64,000 nt of DNA from a virus (IMGVR_UViG_3300033076_001232:1-64000); one strand, 5' to 3'. Counted from the stretch's first letter, positions 48,568-58,269 are shown. Translations and numbers: made by a program. Notes: a model not told the origin generated them from the letters alone.

Positions 48568-48817
48568 TTTTTGTGAATTTATAAATGAGGAGGACAGTGG
48601 TAAAACCAAAGTCCAACAGATAAAGCTAGATCTTGCTAAGAAGTTCGATGAAATATCTGCTGCTAAGGCGGAGAAAAAACCTGGCGACGTTGATTCTGAG
48701 ATTAAGAGCATAGATAAGCAGGCTGCTATTTATATGCAGATCTCGAATATGATGAAGACACTTTCTGTTGAAATGAAAAAGGCGGGAGCCCAAAAAACAT
48801 CAACCAATATATACTAA
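48560..48817 (+). CDS. Small protein with CTS-like N-terminus
   Basis: MLSFCEFINEE. Confidence 0.68.
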   Translation: MLSFCEFINEEDSGKTKVQQIKLDLAKKFDEISAAKAEKKPGDVDSEIKSIDKQAAIYMQISNMMKTLSVEMKKAGAQKTSTNIY

Positions 48818-48824
48818 AAAAGAT

Positions 48825-51323
48825 ATGAAAAATCCATACCTAAATAATTTAGTAGCAAAGAGTATCCTTGAAGGACACTATGAGAGACTTTTCGAGAATG
48901 AAAAAGTCGATTCATTAGCTAATAAATTATCGGACAACGCACTTAATGTTTTTAAGGTTTTAACTTTTGATCTTGCACCAAAGAGGGACAGAAATCCTGA
49001 TGTAATCAGAGTAAAACTTTCCGATATAGCCAACTCAGGAACAGTTAAACAATTAACTGCCAAGCTTCTTGATTATGCAGATGACAATGAATTAGTCGAT
49101 GCTAAGTATGCTGAGGCAAAAAGACTATATTTAGCTTGTTTAAATAAGCTTTGCGAAGCTTTAGAAAGAATTGCAGAGATTAGTAAGGAAAAAGGAGAAA
49201 TCATATTAAAGAGCTTTAAAATATCACCTACGAAGCTTCAGAATATCATAGATAATATAGCAAAGCAGGCAGAGGAGGAAACTAAATTAAAAGCAACAAA
49301 CGAATCTGAGGATTTTGATCTAGTTAACGAGTCTCTTTTTGTTGGTTATAGAGGTAGAATAGAAAAAATTAAAAAGCTACTGACTAACCTAATTACATCT
49401 GCTGAGGGTAAAGATCAGAAGAACGGATATGGAAGGGATTGGAAAAGAACATTTTTAGATCTTGATGAGAAAAGAAAAGTTCTTGATATAACTAAATCCG
49501 GTTTTGGCGACAAAGATAAAAAATCTTTAGATGAACTAGAGAAGCAAGTTACCAAGTATCAGCAAGAGTTTAATGATGCTCTTTTACAAGCAGCGAATAG
49601 ATCATTACAGGCTTTAGAAGACGATGAGGAGGTTTATAAGCTGTATTCAGACGTAACCGAATTATCTACTGAAGCCCTGGATCTTCTTACCAGAGCTAAA
49701 TCTCAATATGAAATAGCTTATAAAGAGATATTGGATCAACATGAGGTAGAGGAAAGTACATTCCTTAAAAGTTTATTTCCTCTTAAAAGGGGAGATAGAG
49801 ATACCAACTCTAAATTTAAGGGTAGCAAGTTAATCTATTATATTCAATCGGCACTTTGTAATGGTATTCCTGCAGCCGATAAATTGATTAAATCTAAAAA
49901 AGGTCCTAATGGAATTTACGGACCAGCCACAACCTCAGTTATTTCATCTCTACAAAAAATAGCTGGTAATAAAAACGTGAATGGACAGATTGATAAAGCT
50001 TTACTTGATTCTATTCTGGCTTCAGACTGGGTTCAGACTAAAGATAAAAAATCTATCGAGTCAGCTCTTGAAACAATAAGGTCAAAAACAAATGAATCTG
50101 AAATATTCGGTGATTATGACAGAGTTAGAAGCATTGATTCGTTTCTACCTCAGCTTAATGAGAACAAGATTGTTATAAATAATTCAGAGTTTGAAAAAGA
50201 ACTGCAATCTCAGTATAAAACTGTTTCTGCTCAACCTGAAGTAGTTTCATCTAGTAGTACAGGGACTAAAAAAGTTGCCGGATCTGGGGTTAAAGATCTT
50301 GCAAAGAAATTAAGAACTGTCTATGGTATGAAAATAGAATCTGATGATTTTACTAAAAAAGACGGAACATTAAGATCGTCTTATAGTCCAGAATTTGTAA
50401 ATGCTTGGGTAAAAGCACTTGATAAAGTAGGCGAATCCGCTAAAGATTATGGTTATTTCTTTTATGATGGTGGTTTATATCCTATTAAGAGTAGATATTC
50501 TTCACTAAAAAGACCTAGCAACTGGGAAAAATGGTCAAAGGTTAGACAAGCAAAGAGCTTCAGTTCTGAAGATGCTTCTGACTTTCTAGACGATTATATG
50601 AAATCCTGGAAAAGCTTTGGTAAAGTTAAAGGCGATGAGAGATATCAATCGATCAAAACGATAATAAGAAAAAGAGAGGATACCGATCTTGCAACCGCTT
50701 ACGAAATGATGGATTCGTCAATTATGAATAAGAGTATTCCATTTATTGACTATGATGATTTAAAGGGTAATATCACTAAAGCATTTAACATAGCTCTTCA
50801 AAAAGGAGAGAAGGATCCAGATTTAGGAGCAGAAGATTTTTGCGCTATAAACGATTTCCTTGTTATGGTTTCTAACGCTGTTTCTTTTGATGGTAAGAAA
50901 TTCATTAGCTGTATTAAATGGATCCATGACCATGTTCTAGGTGAATCCACTGCAAAGAGAATATCCAATGATTCTGTGTTTTGGTTCAAAACAGGATCTT
51001 TATTTGGAGTTGATAGCATGCTTTCCTACAATAAATCAGGTATTTCTGTTAGCGACGTATCGTCAGCATCTTCTTTAAAGAAGCTATTTAATTCAGTTAA
51101 AAAGTTAATTCTTAAAGATCCTAGTAAAGACCTTCCTGGATTCAAATATCTGATTGATATGGAGGACGAGGATGATTTAGGAAAGAGTACTCTTTCTGCT
51201 AACTGCAAGTATATTTCTTGCGAGATCTACCCTATCATCAATTCACATGTCAAAAGAATGAATGCTAATACATTCGAGAAGGTTCCACAATCCGGGAATT
51301 CTAAGTGCATTGAGATAAACTAA
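48825..51323 (+). CDS. Large virion-associated protein with a peptidoglycan-binding-like domain
   Basis: PLKRGD...IQSAL...NGIYGPATTSVISSLQ...NGQID matches the PG_binding_1 pattern; AATATATA at 48806. Confidence 0.65.
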   Translation: MKNPYLNNLVAKSILEGHYERLFENEKVDSLANKLSDNALNVFKVLTFDLAPKRDRNPDVIRVKLSDIANSGTVKQLTAKLLDYADDNELVDAKYAEAKRLYLACLNKLCEALERIAEISKEKGEIILKSFKISPTKLQNIIDNIAKQAEEETKLKATNESEDFDLVNESLFVGYRGRIEKIKKLLTNLITSAEGKDQKNGYGRDWKRTFLDLDEKRKVLDITKSGFGDKDKKSLDELEKQVTKYQQEFNDALLQAANRSLQALEDDEEVYKLYSDVTELSTEALDLLTRAKSQYEIAYKEILDQHEVEESTFLKSLFPLKRGDRDTNSKFKGSKLIYYIQSALCNGIPAADKLIKSKKGPNGIYGPATTSVISSLQKIAGNKNVNGQIDKALLDSILASDWVQTKDKKSIESALETIRSKTNESEIFGDYDRVRSIDSFLPQLNENKIVINNSEFEKELQSQYKTVSAQPEVVSSSSTGTKKVAGSGVKDLAKKLRTVYGMKIESDDFTKKDGTLRSSYSPEFVNAWVKALDKVGESAKDYGYFFYDGGLYPIKSRYSSLKRPSNWEKWSKVRQAKSFSSEDASDFLDDYMKSWKSFGKVKGDERYQSIKTIIRKREDTDLATAYEMMDSSIMNKSIPFIDYDDLKGNITKAFNIALQKGEKDPDLGAEDFCAINDFLVMVSNAVSFDGKKFISCIKWIHDHVLGESTAKRISNDSVFWFKTGSLFGVDSMLSYNKSGISVSDVSSASSLKKLFNSVKKLILKDPSKDLPGFKYLIDMEDEDDLGKSTLSANCKYISCEIYPIINSHVKRMNANTFEKVPQSGNSKCIEIN

Positions 51324-51355
51324 TTTTTTAATCCCGATACCTATTATTATATTTG
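51322..51355 (+). promoter_or_regulatory. Class I promoter (AATTTTTT ... TATATTTG)
   Basis: 26-nt offset; upstream of the kinase-AsnB pair. Confidence 0.65.
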
Positions 51356-51394
51356 CTGGGTGAAATCTATATTAAACCCAGCAGTATAATTTTT

Positions 51395-51964
51395 ATGATT
51401 TACGTGTTCGAAGGTGCTAGAAATAGCGGAAAAACATATCTTAGTAACTATATTTCTAAAACCCATAAAATCCCAAGATTTCAGTTCAATTTTGGGGGTT
51501 ACTTTAATTTATTGGGTCTTTCAAGCAGTGGTAATAGAGAAGCACATTCTTTCTCTATGGGCAAAGAACTTATGCTTCTCCAACTAGGAAAAGAATTTTC
51601 TAATTCATTTCCCGATTTTATACATGACCGGGGGATAGTAACTGTTTTAGCATGGGGTATTTACGAGAAGAGAATATCTTATGATGAACTAATCTCGCAG
51701 ATTGATTATATTCATAAGAATGATTTACTTAAAGGGATCTATGTTATTAGAATAAAGGGAAAAAATCCAGATAGATCAGACAGAGACAAGGATCAATGGG
51801 ACTTTGCAGATTCCAACAATGGTGAATCCGAGTGTTTTGATTTGGTGTTTTCTGAATTCGAGAAGAGAGAAATATTCAAAACTTTTACCGTCAATAATAC
51901 TTTCGATGACAAAGCATTAGAAGAAATTGATAACTTATTTGATTTTATAAATTCAACAGAATAG
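51395..51964 (+). CDS. P-loop nucleoside monophosphate kinase (thymidylate-kinase-like)
   Basis: MIYVFEGARNSGKT and IHDRG. ATG 51395 is preferred because TTG 51353 lies inside the promoter. Confidence 0.78.
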   Translation: MIYVFEGARNSGKTYLSNYISKTHKIPRFQFNFGGYFNLLGLSSSGNREAHSFSMGKELMLLQLGKEFSNSFPDFIHDRGIVTVLAWGIYEKRISYDELISQIDYIHKNDLLKGIYVIRIKGKNPDRSDRDKDQWDFADSNNGESECFDLVFSEFEKREIFKTFTVNNTFDDKALEEIDNLFDFINSTE

Positions 51965-51965
51965 A

Positions 51966-53375
51966 ATGTGCGGAATAATTTTAACTACAGGAGCAAGTAA
52001 GAATCCAGAAATACTGGATTCTATAAAACATAGGGGGATAGAGAGAAGCGAGGTATCTTTTAGTGGCGTGACCTTATGTCATCATCGTTTGCCAATACAG
52101 ACTTCTGATGGCGATGAATGGAGTCAGCCTATAGAAATCTCCGATGGAATGTACCTAATGTTTAACGGCGAGATCTTTAACTATGACAGAGACAGATTCA
52201 CGTCTGATACTGAATATCTAATTAATCTATTCTCTCCCTACAAGGAATCCAACAATCTAGAATTCTTTTGTGCTATGTATATTCCACATATAGTAAAATG
52301 GGATGGATTTTGGGCAATTGTAATTTATGATTCTAAATCTGGAAATGTAATTTATTTTACTGATCCTCTAGGGAAGAAGTGTCTATATAAAAATGAGCTA
52401 GGAGAGATCTGCTCCGAGATAAAGGGATTATACACACAGAATTCCAATATTGACGAGTCTTACATAAGCAGCGTTAGAAAATGGGGATATAACAAGGATT
52501 CAAGAACTCCATATACCAATATAGAAAGGGTTCTTCCGAACAATATTTATATGCACAATATCCAATCCCCCAATTTCGAGCAGTGCTATAAAGAATACTA
52601 TAGGATTTGGAATACACCTATACCTGAATTAAAAGATGCTTCATATGACGATCACATGGAGTGGCTATGGGTCAAAATGATAGAAAGTTTAGAGAATCGT
52701 CTGGTTTCTAAGGATTATCCTATTTCTTTACTTGTCTCCGGAGGACTAGATTCCGCTATTATAGCTGGACTATTGAAAGAAATGAATGCTGATGTAAAGT
52801 GGTTTAGTATAGAGAACGGGGAAACCCAGTTTGTTGATGATTTAAGCGCTCATCTTGGAGTTAAAACCAATTTTCTAGACTATTCTATGGATGCAGAGAA
52901 AAACGCTCTTATATACGCTAAATGGAACGAGAGCCCTATTGATCTAGGATCTGTCATTCCTCAGTACCATCTTTTTGAAGCAATTAGAAAAAGTACCGAT
53001 TACAGAATAGTCCTTAGTGGCGATGGATCCGATGAGCTTTTTGGTGGATATTCTAGAATCCATGAATATGATTCACAGAAATCGGATGTTTTTGAAGAAC
53101 TCACATTTTACCATTTACCTAGACTGGATAAGATGTCTATGGCTCACACACTGGAACTTAGAAATCCATTTTTGAATTTGGATATAGTTAGGTTTGCTTT
53201 ACATCTTCCTCTTGAATGGAGAAAGGATAAAAAGATATTGAAGGATACATTTGGACCTCTTTTACCGGAGTCTATCGTGAACAGAAAGAAAGAAGCACTA
53301 AAGAATCCTGAAATTAAACAGGATCGAATAACATATAGATACAAAGCAGTTGAACTTTTTCTTTCTTTAGCTTAG
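51966..53375 (+). CDS. asnB: Asparagine synthetase B-like glutamine amidotransferase
   Basis: MCGI, HRG, HHRL, FNGEIFNY, SGGLDS, SGDGSDELFGGY, LELRNPFL. Confidence 0.9.
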   Translation: MCGIILTTGASKNPEILDSIKHRGIERSEVSFSGVTLCHHRLPIQTSDGDEWSQPIEISDGMYLMFNGEIFNYDRDRFTSDTEYLINLFSPYKESNNLEFFCAMYIPHIVKWDGFWAIVIYDSKSGNVIYFTDPLGKKCLYKNELGEICSEIKGLYTQNSNIDESYISSVRKWGYNKDSRTPYTNIERVLPNNIYMHNIQSPNFEQCYKEYYRIWNTPIPELKDASYDDHMEWLWVKMIESLENRLVSKDYPISLLVSGGLDSAIIAGLLKEMNADVKWFSIENGETQFVDDLSAHLGVKTNFLDYSMDAEKNALIYAKWNESPIDLGSVIPQYHLFEAIRKSTDYRIVLSGDGSDELFGGYSRIHEYDSQKSDVFEELTFYHLPRLDKMSMAHTLELRNPFLNLDIVRFALHLPLEWRKDKKILKDTFGPLLPESIVNRKKEALKNPEIKQDRITYRYKAVELFLSLA

Positions 53376-53424
53376 ATTAGATTACATTTTTAGGATAGAT
53401 ATATAGTAAAAATAAAATCCTGAA

Positions 53425-54069
53425 ATGACTAAAATAGTTAAGTTGGACGAATTCCAAATAGTTAATGAAGATCTTTCCATGGGTGAACTTCTTTTTGGTA
53501 AAGTTTTGCCTTTTATGGGAGAGGGCTTTATAAAGACCTTAAAACAGAAGATAGCTGCTATTCTTATGGAAAAAATTGGAATCCTCGAGGATTCTAAATT
53601 TTCTATAATCATACAAGAGCTTGTTGATTCTATCCCAGTAAAAGATATCCCGGGTCTAATGACTGGGGAAAAAGCTAATGCTGAATATCTGGCTCCGAAA
53701 TTAGCACAAGCAGTACAGGAGTACATACAAAGAAAGGGACTGGATTCTCTTTTTGAACCATTTGGCATTGATCCTAATGGATGGATGGCTTCTACAATCA
53801 GAGAGGGGTTACAAAGCGAAATAGGACAGGACAGAATAGAAGCTTTCTTTATATCAGCTTTGGGCGGTGAAAAAATACTAAGTGGAGCTTTATCTAAACT
53901 TGATCCTTCAGATAAAAGAGCGGTTGACAGTGCATTGGTTCAACAGGCTGCTAAGACATATCCTACCAAGAGAGAAAGTTCAGTTAGTTCAGATAAGGGA
54001 TCTGGTAATGGAATGATGGATACGCTAAGCGCTATCTGGGGAGGATTACTACAAGGAGCTTCTAAATAA
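53425..54069 (+). CDS. Late hypothetical protein with CTS-like N-terminus
   Basis: MTKIVKLDEFQIVNED; GATATATA at 53398. Confidence 0.72.
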   Translation: MTKIVKLDEFQIVNEDLSMGELLFGKVLPFMGEGFIKTLKQKIAAILMEKIGILEDSKFSIIIQELVDSIPVKDIPGLMTGEKANAEYLAPKLAQAVQEYIQRKGLDSLFEPFGIDPNGWMASTIREGLQSEIGQDRIEAFFISALGGEKILSGALSKLDPSDKRAVDSALVQQAAKTYPTKRESSVSSDKGSGNGMMDTLSAIWGGLLQGASK

Positions 54070-54081
54070 AATTAAAAAGAT

Positions 54082-54438
54082 ATGAACGTACAGAACGTTG
54101 CAAAAAGAGAGATTTTAGATTATGAACAGTTTTTAGGAAAAGTTCATGACGAAAACTATAAGCCATTTTCTCCGGCTAATCAAAAAGATCAAAGAGAAAA
54201 AACCGGACTTTCCACTATAGAAAGACAACCTGCTTTTGATTTCGTAGGTTATGCTGATGCAGTATTTGGTAATAAATCTAAAATAGATGTTCCTGGATAT
54301 CGATCTACTACACCAGACGGTAGCTTCATGAATGATGCGGGGGCATTCGGAAATGTATTTAATATGAATGCTAGTGAATCCGAGAATAGCTCAGAGTACA
54401 CTGAACCAAATTTCATTAAAAGATTATCCGATTTTTAA
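54082..54438 (+). CDS. Hypothetical protein
   Basis: ILDYEQF near the N-terminus and FIKRLSDF at the C-terminus (both CTS-like). Confidence 0.7.
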   Translation: MNVQNVAKREILDYEQFLGKVHDENYKPFSPANQKDQREKTGLSTIERQPAFDFVGYADAVFGNKSKIDVPGYRSTTPDGSFMNDAGAFGNVFNMNASESENSSEYTEPNFIKRLSDF

Positions 54439-54454
54439 TATAAATTTCTTGAAT

Positions 54455-54484
54455 AAAAAAGGATCCTTATGGGATCCTTTTTTT
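54455..54484. terminator. Bidirectional intrinsic terminator
   Basis: aaaaaaggatcc-ttatg-ggatcc-ttttttt between convergent genes. Confidence 0.88.
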
Positions 54485-55205
54485 ATGATATCCGTTCTAT
54501 GAATTTTTCCTTAGCTATCTTAAGTATCTCGGAGTTTTCGTTATAATTTTCATAAATCTCTATAACATATAATTCTGGAGATTTTTTTCTTTCTGAAGAT
54601 TCCCCCTCCAAAATTTCGTGGTAGATATATTCGTAATTAATGGAGAACATTTTGTTCTTTAGATAGATCCGTTTCATAATACATACCTCCTTATCACCTT
54701 CCTGGGTTTTGAGGATAACTGATCCCTGCCATTTATAAGCTTCTATTGCATCAGTTACCATATTTCTAATGATAAGTATACCAGAGTTAGTTTTTTCTGG
54801 TTTAATTAGGGTATCTGGTTCTACCTTAAAGATTTTTATTTTTGACTCCTCTTCTTTTAAGATCTCTAGACAAACCTCCGAATAATCGTAGAGCGTATGT
54901 AGAGAATTTTCAACTATCTCCTCCAACACAGAGGCTGTTTGTTTATCTAATGATTTAAAATCAAAGGATGCCAAATATTCTCTATCCTCCTTTTTTAAAC
55001 CCTTTACTATGGAGCTACCTATAGTTTTTGTTTCCTTGAAGTCGTTTAGAATTTTAACAAGTCTAGAGATCTCCTTTAATACGGAGTATGACGTTTTAGC
55101 ATTTAGCTTTTTTGTTAAAGCTTTTAGGTAATCTAATAAAATATATTCCTTGTGTTCAGAATCTATTGGATCCTTTATGAACCATAATGGGTTAATGTTC
55201 TTCAT
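54483..55205 (-). CDS. Hypothetical protein; the only credible minus-strand gene
   Basis: 240-aa ORF filling a gap with no + strand gene; AATATATA on the minus strand at 55233-55240. Confidence 0.8.
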   Translation of the reverse strand: MKNINPLWFIKDPIDSEHKEYILLDYLKALTKKLNAKTSYSVLKEISRLVKILNDFKETKTIGSSIVKGLKKEDREYLASFDFKSLDKQTASVLEEIVENSLHTLYDYSEVCLEILKEEESKIKIFKVEPDTLIKPEKTNSGILIIRNMVTDAIEAYKWQGSVILKTQEGDKEVCIMKRIYLKNKMFSINYEYIYHEILEGESSERKKSPELYVIEIYENYNENSEILKIAKEKFIERIS

Positions 55206-55286
55206 CTTTTTAAAATTGTGAAGTGATCCATGTATATATTGAAACTTTAAAAATCATTTCTGGATATATAGACTAAAAAGAATAAA

Positions 55287-55733
55287 ATGGCAAGAATATA
55301 CGACTATAATTCTTTTCAGGATGGTAATAAAGGTGCAAATCCTAATGATTTTAAGTTTGGTGACGAAATCAAATACATTAATATTGATATTTACAATAAG
55401 CCTGAAGAATATGAAGACATCACCGATGCTAAGGTTTATGTTGAGTATTCGACCAGATTTATTTTTAAGAAGAGCGGGATAGATGATATTATCTTCTCTA
55501 TTGATTCAGTTGAGCTGGAATTTCAAGTTGATGATTATCCAAATGACGAGCCTAAGGAGTTTGATATCGAGCTTATTCCGGGAAAGACTATAGACTACAG
55601 TCAGCTTAAAGCAGAGAAAGAAGAGATTATTATACCTTCTTATCCAGACAGAATAGAAATTAATATGAACAAATCAACGGAGCCTAGAAACTTTCAGGTT
55701 ACTGTCTATTTTGGATCATCATCTAGATATTAA
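55287..55733 (+). CDS. Hypothetical late protein
   Basis: MARIYDYNSF; GATATATA at 55263. Confidence 0.72.
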   Translation: MARIYDYNSFQDGNKGANPNDFKFGDEIKYINIDIYNKPEEYEDITDAKVYVEYSTRFIFKKSGIDDIIFSIDSVELEFQVDDYPNDEPKEFDIELIPGKTIDYSQLKAEKEEIIIPSYPDRIEINMNKSTEPRNFQVTVYFGSSSRY

Positions 55734-55737
55734 AGGT

Positions 55738-56694
55738 ATGAAGATTTTAAATTTTTTAGAGTTCACCCTTAACGAGTCCACTGAGGTAACCCCAGATGAA
55801 TTTTATAAAGTTCCTGGAGTTAATAATTTTATGGAAGATGGGTACGAGATAAGTGCAAGGAATCATATAGAGTCAGATGAATACCCTGCCTTCGAAATAT
55901 CTGCAATAGAGGAAAATCCAACTGCGATTAAAATATGCTATTGTGATGAGCACGGAAATCCAATGGAGGATATTTGGTTACCTAAGGATTCACTAGATGT
56001 AAAGATGCAGGATCAAGATGACATAATTATTACAATTCATCCTGAGTGCAGATGGATCAATGATCCTTCTAACAGGGAAAAACTTGAAGAATTCATAGAA
56101 AACTTTGATAATTTCAGAACCGATCAGGATGACAAAGAAAATAGAAGATCCGAATCTATAAAGGACGATCTCGAAAATTTTCTGGATGCTATAGGTTTTG
56201 AAGTATCAGTCAAAGATATAAATAATACCGGCAATGGACAATATGAGGTGTATTTAGATAATGATCTTTGTGCTACTGTAAACAAAAGAAGTCTTGCAGA
56301 TATTATAGGAAAAATTAGTTTATATAGGGAAAAAATTATCGGCGACCCATGTATAGAAATAACGGGGGATAGAAACGGGATCACCTTAGTTTCCAATATA
56401 CCTGATCTTTTTAAAAAAGAAGTAGAGTGTCAGATTGATGATTTTGAAGACAATCCTTACCTTAGATATCTCTTGAAAAAACCTCTAGATTTAGATACCA
56501 ATTCAGATAGAGAAAATCTGGCTTCGTATTATTCTTCAGTTCAAAGAAATCACGATAAGGGTAGATATGAGTCAGAAGACGAGAAGGTCAGAACCTCAGC
56601 CAGGGAGGAATCCTATCATATCAAGGATCTAAGAAAAATGCTTTCTCAGTTTCTTAGTGAAGAAAGGCTGAGAAAGATATCTACTGATTATTAA
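55738..56694 (+). CDS. Acidic hypothetical protein with CTS-like N-terminus
   Basis: ATG 55738 gives MKILNFLEFTLNES and is preferred to TTG 55711. Confidence 0.72.
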   Translation: MKILNFLEFTLNESTEVTPDEFYKVPGVNNFMEDGYEISARNHIESDEYPAFEISAIEENPTAIKICYCDEHGNPMEDIWLPKDSLDVKMQDQDDIIITIHPECRWINDPSNREKLEEFIENFDNFRTDQDDKENRRSESIKDDLENFLDAIGFEVSVKDINNTGNGQYEVYLDNDLCATVNKRSLADIIGKISLYREKIIGDPCIEITGDRNGITLVSNIPDLFKKEVECQIDDFEDNPYLRYLLKKPLDLDTNSDRENLASYYSSVQRNHDKGRYESEDEKVRTSAREESYHIKDLRKMLSQFLSEERLRKISTDY

Positions 56695-56731
56695 TTAAGA
56701 AACATTTTAATTTACTTCGGATACAATAAAT

Positions 56732-57016
56732 ATGGATCTGAGTGAGGACTTTTCACTAAATTATAACGAAATCCTTTATATGGCAAAGCCTAAAGGATTT
56801 ACCGTGATTGAGGTTTGTAGACACGCTGATCCGATATTAGATAACATAGTAGAGGTGTGGCAATACGATAAGAGAAAAAACGGATCTAAATCAAAGGGGG
56901 ATTCCAGCTGGATTATATTAAAAGATCTCTACAATCATCTAAGATATTACAAGTCATTGGGATTTACTTCTATCTCTCTGGAAACAAAAGATGGAAAAAA
57001 ATCTAAAAAGAAATAA
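56732..57016 (+). CDS. Hypothetical protein
   Basis: Class II promoter at 56699; start uncertain. Confidence 0.6.
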   Translation: MDLSEDFSLNYNEILYMAKPKGFTVIEVCRHADPILDNIVEVWQYDKRKNGSKSKGDSSWIILKDLYNHLRYYKSLGFTSISLETKDGKKSKKK

Positions 57017-57018
57017 AG

Positions 57019-57669
57019 ATGAGAAAGATTCTGTCTTTTTTTAAAAAGGAACCCAAAAAAAGCCTAAAAATGGATATGTCAGAGCAAAGCATTGAGGATA
57101 TAAAAGATAGATTTAAATCTTCTGAATTTCAGTGGATTAAAGGTGATTATCTTTCTACTACCGAGGATTATAAGAATGTCGTAAATAATGGAGATGCCAT
57201 TTTTATAGAATTTCTTAGCGGTAGAAGAATAAATTTAGATTTACTGGAGGAGTACATGGTGTATTTCCCAGCACAACCTAAGATAGCACCACCTCCAGTT
57301 CAACAACCTCAAGTAACCCAGCCAGCTCACAATCCATCAGCAAAAAAAGATTCCACTGTTACTTCTATAGTTTATGATGAACAATCTAAAAATGCTAATG
57401 AAGATTCTCCGATATATAAACTACTTAGAAAGCAGAAGAAAAATCTAGTCGAAGTTTCTATTAAGCTAAAATTAAATCTTCCTTCTAAGGAGCTTTATGG
57501 GGTTCTTTCTACTTCCTTTGAGGATGCAGATAAAGAAATTATAGAATTTGTTTTAGATGGGGTTGATATAGAGGATATAAAAGCATCATTAGCCCAATCT
57601 ATTCGATCTAATTACTATTCAACAGAGGAAAAAAAGAAACCAGCTACTACAAACCGAAGTAACAAGTAA
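57019..57669 (+). CDS. Hypothetical two-domain protein with a Pro/Gln linker
   Basis: Class II promoter at 56981. Confidence 0.7.
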   Translation: MRKILSFFKKEPKKSLKMDMSEQSIEDIKDRFKSSEFQWIKGDYLSTTEDYKNVVNNGDAIFIEFLSGRRINLDLLEEYMVYFPAQPKIAPPPVQQPQVTQPAHNPSAKKDSTVTSIVYDEQSKNANEDSPIYKLLRKQKKNLVEVSIKLKLNLPSKELYGVLSTSFEDADKEIIEFVLDGVDIEDIKASLAQSIRSNYYSTEEKKKPATTNRSNK

Positions 57670-58259
57670 TGAAAGAAGAAAACGAAGATAAAATTCTATA
57701 CGAAGCACCAAAATTCAACGTCGTTGAAAGAGGAGGTAAACCTGGTATCGTTTCTACCGTTGAAACTGTAATGGTCTTACCCTTTATTTCGGATGACCAG
57801 GGTTTACCTCTAATGGTTGGAGTTCTAAAGGAAAGAAATCTATTTAGAGAAGGTGGATATTCAATGAGTCTAATAACAGGAACTTGTGAAGAGGAAGATC
57901 CAGATTATCTAAGTACAGCTAAAAGAGAACTTCTTGAAGAAGGAGGATTTGATGTACAGGAAAATGAGAGATGGTTTTTCTTAGGAACTGTTACTGGAAC
58001 CAAATTTGTAGAAAAAGAATATCCGTGTTTTGCGGTGGATGTTACTGGAATAACTAGAGGTGAGCCTGAAACAGATGGATCTAAACAGGAGGAATTATCT
58101 AGCTTCCATTTCATACCGGCAAACGATGTTGTAAAAGCACAGGATGTATACATCCCAGCACTTTTTTTGAAGCTTTTCAAATTTGTAGTAGGAATGGATC
58201 TCTATAACAGAGACGATTCTGTTTTTGGAAAACCTAAAGGTTTTAGCGTAGAGATATAA
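57669..58259 (+). CDS. Nudix hydrolase
   Basis: Nudix box GTCEEEDPDYLSTAKRELLEEGG. Confidence 0.88.
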   Translation: MKEENEDKILYEAPKFNVVERGGKPGIVSTVETVMVLPFISDDQGLPLMVGVLKERNLFREGGYSMSLITGTCEEEDPDYLSTAKRELLEEGGFDVQENERWFFLGTVTGTKFVEKEYPCFAVDVTGITRGEPETDGSKQEELSSFHFIPANDVVKAQDVYIPALFLKLFKFVVGMDLYNRDDSVFGKPKGFSVEI

Positions 58260-58269
58260 ATAATACATT

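Noticed and set aside
55241-55270. Class II promoter at GAAAC 55241
   Set aside because: No TANAA at the fixed spacing; better explained by the late octamer at 55263.
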